DNA of 63,106 nt, the filler included, from Octopus bimaculoides (Eukaryota): the NCBI RefSeq assembly GCF_001194135.2. It is 3 parts of 3 records of this genome, joined end to end, with 100 filler letters (N's around TTAATTAATTAA, not from the genome) between each part and the next. Parts side by side here need not be neighbours in the genome. Positions count along the whole stretch, not along the records: positions 1 to 28,200 come from NC_068981.1; positions 28,301 to 53,888 come from NC_068988.1; 1 more part is not named here. One strand, written 5' to 3'. The notes beneath the pieces were generated by a model that was given only the letters and a program-made list of their open reading frames with translations, did no database searches and was not told the DNA's origin. Of the stretch, positions 24,484 through 38,626 are shown one piece after another; position 1 is the first letter of the stretch, and every line of letters begins with the position of its first letter. A program made the translations under genes and the position numbers.

Positions 24484-25736
24484 GATAAAGTTTCTAAGTA
24501 GGCATTGCTCTCAGAATAGAACAAACAGGGACAGCTAAATAAATGCGTCTCGACCGAATCTCCACTAATCTGCTACTTAAGATTAATATATTTTTTGATA
24601 CATTCGGCAGCTTTGATTTAATTATTGTCTACCTCATAGGCGAAATACAATTATTTATTCGAGATTAGATATGCTATGAATATGAGGTGTGCATTATTAT
24701 TTACTATATAATGTTGATGATGAAATGATAATTTTCTTGATGCATACTTATTGCCTTAGAAATTATGATTTAAGAATATTTAAATATCTGTTTAAAATAT
24801 TAATCAAATATGTATATAGTAGAAATATTAATTTAATGAATGTATAATATGAATATTAATGTAATGTTTAAAAATAATAGAAATGTTAATCTAATGACTA
24901 CATAATTTAAATATTAATCGACTGAATCTATAACATTACTACCTCAAAAGAATTTTTTGCTTTCGTGTATTGTATCCAGGTCATTTTATTTGATATTGTA
25001 TCCAAATCTATGATTTCACTAATTTTCTTACCTCCAATATTTAAGAAACATCTAAAAAGTTTTCTTCAATAAATTCCCTGCCCTTAAGGTGCCTATTTAC
25101 ATGTTGCTTATACAAATTCTATACAATCCCTCAACAAAACCAGGATTCTATCTCCAGAGGAAATGCCAGTTTTTTTTAATATCATTATCTACAGCTTCGA
25201 GCAGGAGTTCGTTCATCTACAAATATGGTAGACTTCTCTGCCAAGCATATGCTTTCCTACCAAGTTAGTTTATATATATTATAGATATTAGTGTCTGTCC
25301 AAGAAGAATTTTCGAAGTGCTGCTCACTTTGAAATCTCCACTTCATATGGAGAGAGTATCAGATTTTATTTGGAAATTCCTTTACCACTTCCATTTAAAT
25401 CATTTTCACCTGTATAAGATATGTTTATACAACTTGCGTGTAACGTGGTGTCCATTCCATTTTTAGAAATTAACCAAGGTAATTTGAGACAGAACTTACC
25501 ACTACGTCTCTGGCATTCTTTCTATCCTAATATGGTGATGCCTGCTTACCATCAATATTTTTATCTAACTGGTCAAATAGGGAGTACTTGTTCGTGGACG
25601 CTGGATAATTGAACGTTTTCTCCTTCCCACCTTACGTTTTACAAATGGATGTATCGTTACATATATTGGGGATTCACTGTCTAATTCCTCTTTCGGGCAA
25701 GTCTCCTCCTCCTCCTACTACTACTACTAGTACTGG

Positions 25737-25784
<48 letters not shown>

Positions 25785-25785
25785 A

Positions 25786-25817
<32 letters not shown>

Positions 25818-27180
25818 AGATGCTGCTGCTAATGCTGCTGTTGTTGCTGCTCATGCTCCTGTTGTTGTTCTTCTTACTTTGTTATTATAATCATCGTTAC
25901 CATGATGTCAGTGGTCAGTAAGACATTCATATAGAAAAGCAGGACATTCGATGAATACACCGTACACAGGGACACGTTCGAGTTGATTGAAAGAAGGATA
26001 GAAAATTGTACGTCAAATTATGCAGCTATAATGCGATGTGGTAGGAGGCTAATTTTTGTAGAAAATAAAAGATAGGTAGAGCCCACATACAAGGTATTTG
26101 GACTAAATGTTCACCTACCAGACACAGTCTGTAGATTCGTGGATGAAGTAGTGCCACAGTATTGTTTGAAAGAACTTCATTCAAAACAAGAGCTCATTAA
26201 TGAGTTATTGCCAAACGTTGATGATCCGTAAATGTAACTTTATCAAAGCTTTAGGTGTGGTCATAAATGTGAAAGAGATTCAAGGTATCGAAGTATGCAA
26301 TTACTAATTACTGTTTCAATTACCTTAACTATATTAAATTTGTGCGTTTTTAGGGCGAGATTTACTGCATCAGGTAAGTTGCAATTCTTGTGGGTGGAAT
26401 ACGTTGTAGTAATAAATTAGCAGTTTTTGATTTTAATAAAAATTATTGAAATACTATATCGGTATTATCATTTTCGCTTTTCAATGGTAAATAAAAATTA
26501 TGGAAAAAGTTTTATAGACATTCAATGTGAAGGAGAAGATTTGGTAAAACATACTCAAAAGATCAAATAAAGATACAAATTCAAATATAATATAAATAGT
26601 TAATTTTGGTCTATCATTATTTACACTGAAATTTATTGAATATTTGAAGTTATTTGAACATTTGATTGTTTGAACCTGTCTTACTGAATTCTCTCCTCTA
26701 CATTCAATTTCATTTTACCTTCTTAGTTATGACATTGAAAAAAATAATTGTTGCACCAGTTTTGGTATTTTAATAAATTTGTAATATATTAAGATATAAA
26801 GCTATAATTCGTTTTGAGACTCAGGTACACTTCAACTGCCAAACATACTACTGCTTACACACACGCACACACATTTATGGTTATAAGTGTGTGTGCGCGT
26901 ATATCATACACAACAGTAGCTGATGTTAAATATTAAATATTGGCTGACGATTGTATAACAAAACGTGTAACATCACCAATGATTGGTGTTCATTTCACTA
27001 CAAACGGGAGACTTGATCACAATAGCAATAAGATATCAACGACACATATGTTATGAATCACAAGGTACTTGGATTTAAATTATATTCATTCACGATTATC
27101 ATGTATTGCTTCATAAATCTAGCAAAGATTGGATTTAAATGAATGATTTTCCTTACCGATATGAAATGTAAGACGTAAAA

Positions 27181-27348
27181 AATATTCTTTTCTACTCTAG
27201 GCACATGGCCAATAATTTTGGGAAGGGGCCAGTTGATTAAATCGACGCCAGTACGCAACTGGTACTTAATTTATCGTCCCCGAAAGGATGAAAAGCAAAG
27301 TCGATCTCGGTGGAATTTGAACTCAGAACGTAAAGACAAACGAAATAC
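27181..27348 (-). mobile_element. SINE family A, tail type 1, 5'-truncated
   Basis: Aligns with 21996-22160. Confidence 0.9.
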
Positions 27349-28244
27349 ACACGTAAAAAAATATTAAACAATGCATAAATCTATACATATATATAGATAG
27401 AAGGTTACGTGAAACTCTGAGTAGCAGTTTATAATTTATGTTTTGCTTTTAATAAAATAATATTTTACTCAACCTTTGGAAATCAAGAAACAGTTTCACA
27501 CCTTGTTTGAACCTATGCGCTTATTTGTATATATTTATACATGAAATGTTAGATACATTAATAGATAAATACGGAGATAAGTAATTGGAAAAATAGATAT
27601 GTATATCCATACACATTTATATTCTTTATAGTAGATACAATTGTACTTTTCCATAATAAATATTGTGTGCATAGATAACATATGCATAGTCAATTTTCAG
27701 ATCATCATTATATCTATGAAATAGTTCCCTTTAGTCAACTTTAAATTTTACATTTAATCAGAAAGGAAAAAAAATGGTATCTATATATATGTCTATATAT
27801 TCACGCATATATGTGTATATGCATACATGCATACATACATACATACATACATGCATACATGCATGCATAAATACATACATATATACATACATACATACAT
27901 ATACAGAAATATTCACACGCTCTGACGTTAAAAAATCACACACCAAACACATATATTAGAACTGTATAGATCTACTTGCAAAAAGTAGGTAGAATATTTC
28001 ATTGTTGCATTAGTAAATGGTAATCATGCATTTCAGTATTTGTATTATATTCCAGATACCTGCCTCTGTCGGCTTCAATTTACTGTGATACCTAGCTGGA
28101 AATCATAGGTTGCGCACAGCTCAGACAACTTTCCGTTACTGTTGTTGCACATGTCGATATCTATATCAATATCACTAATATATATATATATATATATATA
28201 NNNNNNNNNNNNNNNNNNNNNNNNNNNNNNNNNNNNNNNNNNNN

Positions 28245-28256
28245 TTAATTAATTAA
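28245..28256. other. Artificial assembly linker TTAATTAATTAA inside a 100-nt gap (N44-linker-N44)
   Basis: Identical layout at 53933-53944; stop codons in all six frames. Confidence 0.9.
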
Positions 28257-28300
28257 NNNNNNNNNNNNNNNNNNNNNNNNNNNNNNNNNNNNNNNNNNNN

Positions 28301-28335
<35 letters not shown>

Positions 28336-28442
28336 ATATATGAGTGTGTGTATGTATGTATGTATGTATGTATATTTATGTGTTTTACATACATAAATGG
28401 GTATTATATATATGTGTGTATGTGTGTATGTGTCTTCTCTCA

Positions 28443-28822
28443 TACTTGTTTCAGGCACAGGGGTGCTACCAAATTGGGGCACCGCCCTTTAGATATTTAG
28501 TCAAAATATTGGAATTTTTAGTTACATTTTCTTTTAAACCTGATAGTTATTTTATCCGCAACATTTGCCGAACTGCTAATTTACTGTGACGTAAACCAAA
28601 ATCGGTTCACAAGCGGTGTAGGAGAAGATCACAAACTCAGACACACATACACATACATGCACATTGATACGTGAATGAATGTACGGTTTCTATCTGCCCA
28701 CCTCTATTAGTTCTTCTCACATGGATTTGGTCGGCCTGGGGCCATAGTAGGAGACACCAGTTCATGGTGCCCTGCAGTGGGACTGAAGCAAGAAGTATGT
28801 GGTTGAAAAGCAAACTTCTTAC
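28443..28822 (-). mobile_element. SINE family B, degenerate near-full copy
   Basis: Head/core at 28684-28822 (TTTGGTCGGCCTGGGGCCATAGTAGGAGACAC...CAGTGGGACTGAA), internal (CA)n, tail at 28443-28620. Confidence 0.7.
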
Positions 28823-28837
28823 ATAAATTAATTCATT

Positions 28838-28925
<88 letters not shown>

Positions 28926-29903
28926 CATACATACATACATACATACATACAGACAGACAGACAGACAGACATACAGACAGGCAGACAGACAGACAGACAG
29001 ACAGACAGACTGACAGACAGACAGACAGACAGACAGACAGGTAGAGAGGCCAACAGAGAGACAAGCTGACATCCTGACACACAATCAAACGGACAAACAG
29101 ACAGACTGATATAAATATTAAGTGGATGCAATTCTCAATTTTGGAACCTCAAATAAATTTAGGAACACGGTCAGAATGTGACGTTAGCTAATCCCTTTAT
29201 CGGTTGGATTAATTATTTTGAAGTACTATAACAGATAAATCTCATAATTCTCGTTTCCTTTCCAGTCTCCATTTTCCATCATTTCTAAGATTAAAATATA
29301 TACATTGAAAATTTTTTCCCTCGTTAATTTCATTAATTTTTTTTTTTTGTGTCGATTCAAGTTCTTTGTTCAAGTTAGTATACCAAAATTATATTCACGT
29401 AGTATTTATGAAATATCAACACATTTTCATAAGTAGTGAAATCATGTTTTAGCCGGTTGCTTTGATACTGTTTTAACATGTGAGCATGTCTGTCAATTCA
29501 ATTAATTATGTGCATCTTTTGTTTACTTAATTCGTTGGCTCTTTTCATTCTCTTACTTTTCAATGAAGAACTTGTTTTGAACATTAGCATATAGGGACGA
29601 ATGTCACTACTTCTCGTTGATTAGTCTGTTTCGGTGTTGCCTCGAGATACTTTATCCAACTTTCAGTGAACAACGTAACGGGGTGTGAATATCCAGAGTA
29701 AACCGTTTTTGTTTTCATCAGTAGTACACTGTCTGGCGCAGAGTAACTCTACAAAGTAACAGCACTATAATTTACCTATTTTTCCAAAAAACTCACTGAG
29801 CCACGTCACACCCACATACCCCCATGCTTCCTCGTGCTTTTAATATCATGATTGTTTTATAGATATTATCATAGCCGTCGATATTGTTATTATCATTATT
29901 GCT

Positions 29904-30100
29904 TAGGCAGTGGGCTGGCACAATCGTTAGCATACCGTGAAAAATGCTTTGCGTGGTCTTTCTAGTCTACGTCCCGCCGAAATCGATTTTGCTGTTCATT
30001 ATTTCGGAGTCGATAAAATAAATACCAGTCGAACAGTGTGTCGATGTAATCGACCGCTCCGCTGCTCGGAACTTGCTGGCCTAGGCTAAAATTCGACACC
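29904..30100 (+). mobile_element. SINE family A, degenerate, tail type 3
   Basis: GGGCTGGCACAATCGTTAGCA...GTCGATAAAATAAATACCAG...GTCGATGTAATCGAC...TTGCTGGCC. Confidence 0.8.
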
Positions 30101-30114
30101 AAAGAAGTCTACGC

Positions 30115-30357
30115 ACCATAGGGTTATGATGCTTCCACGTACTCCTGCTGTTGATCAGAGATGCAGATATTGCTAGCCACTAAGGGACATACTCAATTAG
30201 CTAAGGTCAAGCAACTGACAAGCAAGCCTGCAGCATTGAGTAGAATATTTGCTGTAGCCCATCTTTGGCATAAAGATAAACATAGACATGATAAGAATTC
30301 CAATCACTTAAGAACAGCAGCCCAGAGAATCATGCCCGGCACTACATCAAGGCATTT
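30115..30357 (-). mobile_element. Repeat family C, 5' portion, starting next to a short TAA tract
   Basis: Overlaps the 17068 copy in reverse; the terminus abuts TTATTATTAT at 30356-30365. Confidence 0.7.
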
Positions 30358-30365
30358 ATTATTAT

Positions 30366-30612
30366 GACCTAGTGATTAGGGCGTTGTACTCAAGAGAGTT
30401 CTTGAGTAAAACGGTGTTCTTGAACAAAACACTTCATCTCAGCTTTCTCTGCAATTACTTCGACACATAGTGTACACCATGCACCCATTCAGGCAATGCC
30501 TACTGGATGCGGTGTGTGAGCTAATGTACAGCACATATTGTTGATTACAATGAATGAATCATTTGTGCAGGTCGTTTAGTAACTAGCTGGACGCTCATTC
30601 GTCGTCTTCGAC
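30366..30612 (+). mobile_element. Degenerate tRNA-derived SINE with a CORE-like segment
   Basis: TGACCTAGTGATTAGGGCG head remnant and GTGTTCTTGAACAAAACACTTCATCTCA, similar to 59506-59815. Confidence 0.6.
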
Positions 30613-30796
30613 GGCAAAGATGATCATTATCATTATTATCGCTGTTATCATTATTATCATTATTATTGTTTGATGAGAACTCTTAACCAATTATTTCCTC
30701 TTAACCAATTATTTTGCCATCTTTCTTCTTTCACTGTTGATGCACTCCCGTACGCTAATCAGCCCACGTCCACCTTTACCCTCTTCATGTAGAGCC

Positions 30797-30820
30797 TATT
30801 ATTATTATTATTATTATTAT

Positions 30821-30900
<80 letters not shown>

Positions 30901-30935
30901 TTATTATTATTATTGTTGTTGTTGTTGTTGTTGTT
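30797..30935. repeat. Compound microsatellite (TTA)-(TAG)-(CTA)-(TTA)-(TTG) containing a 62-bp perfect palindrome
   Basis: (TAG)n abuts (CTA)n; palindrome at 30839-30900. Confidence 0.95.
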
Positions 30936-31109
30936 ACAGCTTTTCTTGTTATTTGTTTATGCATACACCACGTATAGTTCTAGTACAGATATCGCATATT
31001 CCTCCATCTATAATCATTTCAGTGTTATGCGTTTCTAAAGGGAATAATATTGAAACAATTGTAAAGAAAAATTGACTTATATTACTTTCAATGTTATTCT
31101 AGTTCCTTG

Positions 31110-31156
<47 letters not shown>

Positions 31157-31189
31157 TGTGTGTGTGTGTGTGTATATGCATTTATGCAT

Positions 31190-31224
<35 letters not shown>

Positions 31225-31237
31225 CACACACATATAC

Positions 31238-31289
<52 letters not shown>

Positions 31290-34190
31290 TTATATATATA
31301 GGTATGTATATATGCATGCATATACGTGTATATGTACGCGTAGAAAATGCTGAAAATGTTGCTATTTTACTCTTGCATCGATTTATACGTTGTGAATGTC
31401 TTTAGGGGTAAAATCTCTGCAAAAACATGTTTTTGCTGATAGTAAATTATTTCATTCGATACAGATTTGCACGGGTTGCTAAATTGAAGAGTCGATCGTA
31501 TACCCAACAGCCAGAATATTGGCAGGGGTTCTTATTTTTAGCTCACCATCGATGCTATAATTGTGTACAAACCTTGAAATTGAGGAAATCGTATATCTCT
31601 CTGAAAATCTGAAACCTACCCTTGTATAATCGATAAAACTTCCTTCCAGTGAAACTAACGACTCTGTGATGTAAAAATGGTGTAAACCCATTTCTACATT
31701 GTTTTATGTATGTAATCAATTCTTACACTTTGGAGCACCAAACAACTTGCCAAGTCTATTTACTTCAATGCCAAACTACTGTTCAGTACACACCTTGACA
31801 CGTATAGTTATTCGATGTAGTTATTAGCTGAAACGCATTTGCTTTATTTCCAGAAGCGCGGTAATTATTGAGAAGTTGCCATGTCCGAGTGGACAGATAT
31901 CTAAACGCTTTTATATTCCAGCTATGACATCATAATAAGGAAAACAAAATCGGGATGAATACATCCCATTTGTTTTACTCCAGAATGACCATGCTCGAAT
32001 TTATGTAAGCTGTACTATAACAAAATACTACGGTGGACATAATTTCCTAGTAGTTTCGGTTCAGAAGTAGCAAAGAAGAATTATATCAGTTGCATTACAG
32101 TATGTGCAAAAGAAATAGTTCAGTATTGATGCCTAAGTTTGCTTGCTCATAAAAAGAAAATTGTAATGTGTAAAAGAACTCCTTCTGAAATGTCCCACCT
32201 TAAAACACATTCAATGACGTTGTGATGCAAATCAGTACTTCCATATAATACAAATAGAAAATATCAATTTATCACGACAATCTCCTCTCTACTGCTTCAT
32301 TCCCTTCTCTTTCAGTTTGCTACTTCATACTTTGTATAAAGTAATATTTCTTCATATCTTTCTCTGCCAGTTCTTCTAGTTTTGAGTATAATACGGTATT
32401 CATATCATGTATATTATTTAATTCTTTCAATAATCTAATTTCGAAATGATGTCATTATACGTATTTTTTTAATATACTAAGGGATTAAATCATCCATTAC
32501 GTCACGCGAAGCATGAGAGTATATATTTTTCCAAGTGAATCACTGTCATGGTAGGCAATTTGTTTCTAGTTCAATGAGCAAAAGCACTTAAAGCACAAGT
32601 TTTCAAACATGTATACCAAGATACCAAATACTACTACACACCAATACAAATACATACAATTACAACGTGCGTCCGTTGTTTGAGGTCACATCTTTCAAGA
32701 GCTCTAACTTTCTTCTAGCTTATTTTTTAGCTTACTTTTAAGACAAATAAAGTCAGACGTCAGGCTGACTCAGCAAATAAAAAGACCGCTGCAATCATTG
32801 ACTTAACAGCGAAGCGTAGTAAAGCAGACAGCTCGCTACGTGAAAGTTGCCAGATGCTTCGTTGTCAAAGCTCGAATGTAGCAGGAAGCCGCTGACGCGG
32901 ATCCAGTATCAACAGCTAAACGCAAACACATTCATCAGGTCCTTATACAATTAGAACACATAACCCATTACATAAAATCCTGAAATAACTGATAAACATT
33001 CTGGAAATTTGGAAAGAGACATTGTAAAAGACGACAAACTATCAAAATATACAATCGGAAGAGGTTATTTGGCACAAGTCGTATATGACGCGGAAGGGTT
33101 AGTTTCTGTCGGATGTGAGAAGTGAAATGGGACGGAGGTTGTTTTGTTTCAGAAAAAAAGGGGTGGGGGGACCCTTTTGTTTCTGTTTATATTTGAGAAA
33201 ACTCACTGTCATCCCTGAATGTTCTTTCTTTGGTTATTTCATGTTACTGCGAACGTGGCTTTGTACCAGTGTGGCCAATTTTCTCCTGCTTCTAAATGAT
33301 GAGCCAACAAAGTTTTGGTAAAATAATTCAAATATATCGAGTTGTTTTCCTTACGTATACCTGAGACATATAATGATGTGTAGATAATTGTGTATCTATG
33401 GGTGAAAGTGTTTCAGTATATCCAACATTGTTTTTCCTCATTCGGTGTGTCAGTTATAATGACACGTTGAATGTATTTTGTAAGCAAACTTTACTACAAG
33501 AAAGTTGTATGTCCGGAAGTCAAATATCAGTAAAACCCTGTTCAAATAGTTTTGGCATTTAAGTTTATCTTATTTTGTATTTTTCTTATTGTGTAGTCTA
33601 CTTGCCATATATTTATATATACTCGCGGTACAACTGCACGCTGTTACGTACGAATAGAAAATAAATGGCTCAAACAATTTTAAATCATTGTTCGTTTTTG
33701 TTATCACAGTGGTGATTGTGACCCCGCTTGCCTAAATTTCTACACGAACCAGCAACATTCGGTGTTAATGAATTTTAAGAAAAAATATTTAGAAATTAAA
33801 CAAATAACGAAAGCATGACATGTATATGTAATCTCTAAGAATAAAAAAATTAAAAAGCTGCATGATTATGACAACGGAATTGATTAAGAAATTGCGGTTA
33901 CCAGTGTAAATTTGAACTCAAAAACATTGTTAGAATATAGCAGATGAATATTACGGTACAAAATACCCCATGCACTAAAGATATGTATGCATAACTTAGC
34001 GAGTGTATATTGTCTAAATCAATACCCACGCAAGTAAATTTAAAAAGCAACATAAAAATATATACGTATATGCATCTTTGCATGTATTACACACTCCCAA
34101 TATTTCTCTTGCATCGCCGTATTTCAATCCCTATCTTCCTCTCTCTTCCTCGTTACTCTGTCGGTCATCCATCTCTCTCTCATTCACTCA

Positions 34191-34266
<76 letters not shown>

Positions 34267-34269
34267 ATG

Positions 34270-34620
34270 AACCCGAAATAGTTAATCTTTCCTCTCTATC
34301 AATGCACCGGAAACAATTCAACACAATTCTGGTTCAATGAGGAAAGCATACTCATTAAAATATATAAACCACGGCTGAATATCCTTTAGAAAGAAGAAAA
34401 AACACTAAATAGAAAAATGACTCAATACCCCACAATAAAAATGTCTTCCACCATACATTAACATCATATAAACACCTGTTGCTGACGTCACCTAACTCTA
34501 CACCAATGAAATTTTACAAACATCAAGTGTTGATGTCACCTAACTATGGAACACCAGCAAAGAAAAGAAAATGAGACCTTAAGAGAATCAACCAACTGAA
34601 ACGGCTCAAGACCGTTCCCC
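34270..34620 (+). mobile_element. Penelope-like element 3' end (endonuclease C-terminus and 3' flank)
   Basis: IFPLYQCTGNNSTQFWFNEESILIKIYKPRLNIL* resembles the terminal ESxxIKxxKPxLN motif of PLE GIY-YIG domains. Confidence 0.55.
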
Positions 34621-35423
34621 ACAGAGAAGACAATCAGGCTAAACCACAAACTTGACTACCACAAAAACAGGACATCACCAGTACTTTAACGATTCAAACA
34701 TCAGATTCTGTTCGCGGAAAAAATTATAAATACACCGGATTCCAATAAACGCTGTTATAAGCAAAATTTCTTGCACACGACGGAAAGAGAATAACAGAAA
34801 CAGTAAATCAAGCCGTTTTTTTTATATCTTCACTACACTCTTGTTTTTCACCCTCTTAACTCAGTATGACTGAAACTTACATGATATATGCATGTAAGTA
34901 TATATAAATGCGTATATATATAAATGCATATACATATATATGTATATATATATATAAATAAATATATATANNNNNNNNNNNNNNNNNNNNNNNNNNNNNN
35001 NNNNNNNNNNNNNNNNNNNNNNNNNNNNNNNNNNNNNNNNNNNNNNNNNNNNNNNNNNNNNNNNNNNNNNNNNNNNNNNNNNNNNNNNNNNNNNNNNNNN
35101 NNNNNNNNNNNNNNNNNNNNNNNNNNNNNNNNNNNNNNNNNNNNNNNNNNNNNNNNNNNNNNNNNNNNNNNNNNNNNNNNNNNNNNNNNNNNNNNNNNNN
35201 NNNNNNNNNNNNNNNNNNNNNNNNNNNNNNNNNNNNNNNNNNNNNNNNNNNNNNNNNNNNNNNNNNNNNNNNNNNNNNNNNNNNNNNNNNNNNNNNNNNN
35301 NNNNNNNNNNNNNNNNNNNNNNNNNNNNNNNNNNNNNNNNNNNNNNNNNNNNNNNNNNNNNNNNNNNNNNNNNNNNNNNNNNNNNNNNNNNNNNNNNNNN
35401 NNNNNNNNNNNNNNNNNNNNNNN

Positions 35424-35460
<37 letters not shown>

Positions 35461-38400
35461 ACAAATATACACATATATACATGCATATATGTGTACAGGA
35501 CATGACAAACCTTAAGCAACATGGAATACGAAAACAAAAGAGAACTAAATGGAAAACAGGATAAGTAACATAAAGAACGACACTTCATCAGTTGTCAGCT
35601 GTACATCTACTCCTCATTTCGAGCATTGAACGGCAATATGAGCCTTCGAAGGCAGTTGCTCCCGCAAATCAAAATACATTTAGGATTCACGAAGGCTTAA
35701 AGCTGGTAACAAAAATAGGATAGTGGAGACATACAAGGAGACCGAACAAACATGGAGGGTCGTTAGACAAGACGAAGGTAAAATAGCAAACGCTAGGGAA
35801 ATATCCTTTTTGTGTCAATTGCCCTGCTTTCCATTTGTTTCTCTCGTTTTGTTATGTATTCAAACCTTTTGTCTTCTTATCTCTTGTTGTTTAGGGTTTG
35901 TGACGTCCTGTACCAATATATGCATTATGAAGAGAAGGTTACATTGTTTTCCACCATTTTATTCCTTTGGAATAATACCAGTGATATCTTCGAAACATGT
36001 GTTGGACGTAAAAGAATTTGAATAACACCTACGTTTAACTCTATTTATTTATATATATTAAACAAAATATTTCACGTAAACCCGGAGTTTCTACCTTTAA
36101 AATCAAGGAGTTACAAGTTTTTACTTGTGTGATTTTTTTTTACATAAATAGTACCATATATATACATATATTGAACGTGTGTTTGTATGTTTGTAAATGC
36201 ATGTGCGCGTGCGTGAGCGTGTGTTTATACAAACCTGAAAAACTTGGCTCAATGTTTTATTTTAATTCAATATTACTTAACACAGATTCAGTATCTTCGA
36301 AATCTCAGAGACAACATGTATGATGATCGTATGATATTATAACAAGTATATAGATAATATGTAAAATTTGAAACTCTTTTTTATTATTTTATATTTTGCA
36401 GAGAAATTTTGTAGGTAGAATTTCATCTATTCATAATTGGTTGCAAATGAAAGATGACAAGTGTACAAGCCAGTTCATTTAGAAAGTGAAGAGGTGGAAA
36501 TGATTTATATTAAAAGGATTATATTTGTTGCATCACTTAGAAAAACACTGCTCAAATTTGAATTTCAAATAGTATTTTTGCAAATTGATTTCTATGATAA
36601 CGAATGAATATTCCATAATTGTGTTCTTTTATTTTTAGAATAATTTCGAATGTCAATGTAATTTATCTTCTCTCCTGTGCATATATTTATATTCTATTAT
36701 TTCTGATGAACATTTTGCCGTTGTTCACGTTTGCCTATTGAGATATACGGATTACTGATCCGAGTAAAGGTTTTGATAGAATGATTTATATGGATATGCA
36801 AATATCAATACAAAATTGTAATGTATGGTGCGTCGCATACTGCAATAGAGTAAAACTTATACAGTTTGAATAAAGTGAAAATCGTTAGCGTAATGCTTTG
36901 AATAGTTTAAATATTTCTATACATCAAGTGGATGTAAGTTTATGCTTCAATGATGCAACTTATTTCGAAACTGTTCGATTCCTGTGATGTGGTAACGCTG
37001 TAGTGATATGTTGTAATGCATTGAATTTTGCAGCAGTGAAATGAAGTATGCAATAGTGTAGTGTATCGTACTTCTATGATTAGTTCCATTAATTTTGATC
37101 CGTCGTCCGCATGTTAGATCATGCAAACTATTTCTCTATTTACTGTAGTATTTCGTATTCCCTTTGGGATTGAATAACTCCGTGTGGTTAATCACAAATG
37201 TAGTGGTATTACATCACTGTCGTTTATTCTATTCTAGTTGGTGTTTTAATCAAAAAGTAAACAATGTTGATTAATTATTTCTTTTCATACACCTCAGCGC
37301 TGTGTTTGAGCATCATAAAACAACGTTCTTATCATACTAATGCATTCCACTAGCATTAGCATTTACAAAATAAAACACTCAATAATATTGCTGTTTCATG
37401 GAAAAATATATTACAGTTTTGATGGGTACAGTTATCATTCATATATATAATATATACATACATTCATATATATATATATGTATGTAAATATTATATATAT
37501 ATGTATGTACATTATTTCTTTTTACCTTGTTTATTCATCTAAAGGAGACTTCTTTGCTCGCATAAAATTATGAAACGTTTTGACATTAGCGAATAAGGTT
37601 TCACGATGTCTACATATTATTTACGGACGAAAATCAGCATTGTCTCGAGATCTACAATTTTGCGATCTTTGGGGAATGCTCCTAATGTTGTTATTCATTT
37701 CATAATATGAATGAAAATCATCGACTTTATGTTAGTGAGACGACTATAGTGAACCTTGATAATATTTCTATTGAAGATCTTGTGGCATTTATGTAAGTGT
37801 GGGAAGTGATTATCTGTGAGTTTCAGAATTTTTCTAGATATGTTCGTAGCTACACTCACACTATATAGGCGATTGTACCATAAAATTTTCCTCCGTATAT
37901 GTTTTCTTCGTCTACCTACATTTAGTTGAATATAAGTTATACTGTTCTTAAATTTGGACCTTTCTGACGCGGTGTTGTAGTATGGGGCAACTTTTTGAAA
38001 CTAGCGTCATCAATGAATAGAATGGAAACACGCCTACAAGTGCTATTAACTAATTGTTTGATTACTGAAAGCAATAGCTGAGAGCTTATGTCATTATCAG
38101 AGGCATCTTCATGTGATTTATGGTGGCGGGGTTTCAATATGACTGTAATAAGATTTGTATTAGTATCTAGGAAATTGATTTCTTTAAGCTTAATGTTAAT
38201 TGTACTTTAAGGGTTTAGCTCTTGTTGGATAAATGTGTCGCATAATTTCTACCTTATCCTATTCGTATCGTGTCTATTTTATTATGGAACCCTATGGGAA
38301 CTTCATTCGTCTCTCAGGACTAACATATCTCTCCATAGCGATATCCAAAGTGTGAGAGAGAGGATTTGTGGGATTATCGACTATGGGAAGGAAGGAAATG

Positions 38401-38581
38401 AAGTAAATCGGAATGAGATTGATGGTGAGGATTCGCTGGTTGGTGGAGAGGTGGTGCGGAGTTTTAATGCAGTATAAAATGGTTTTCAAAGTGCGTTTAG
38501 TATGAGGAATTGATTTCAGAGAGAATAGAAGACAAGCACAGAACACACATGATTCCACACGTGCATATATACACATATAAG

Positions 38582-38626
<45 letters not shown>

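Noticed and set aside
26080-26235. Frame ...LHSKQELINELLPNV, faintly like a Helitron helicase segment
   Set aside because: Similarity covers only a dozen residues, with no helicase motifs nearby.
29806-29813. CCACGTCA (UPRE-like on the minus strand), tempting given the XXEL exon
   Set aside because: A single 8-mer is expected by chance in a window this size.
32735-32905. Frame with FKTNK (ELAV-like) and IIDLT (SIM-like)
   Set aside because: Five-residue matches only, no RRM context and no good donor.
35580-35640. Minus-strand CGAAA...CTGATGAA in an unclassified repeat
   Set aside because: No convincing stems I-III can be drawn.
37937-38137. ORF containing ILFIDDA, Walker-B-like
   Set aside because: No Walker A or other NTPase motif, and a weak donor.
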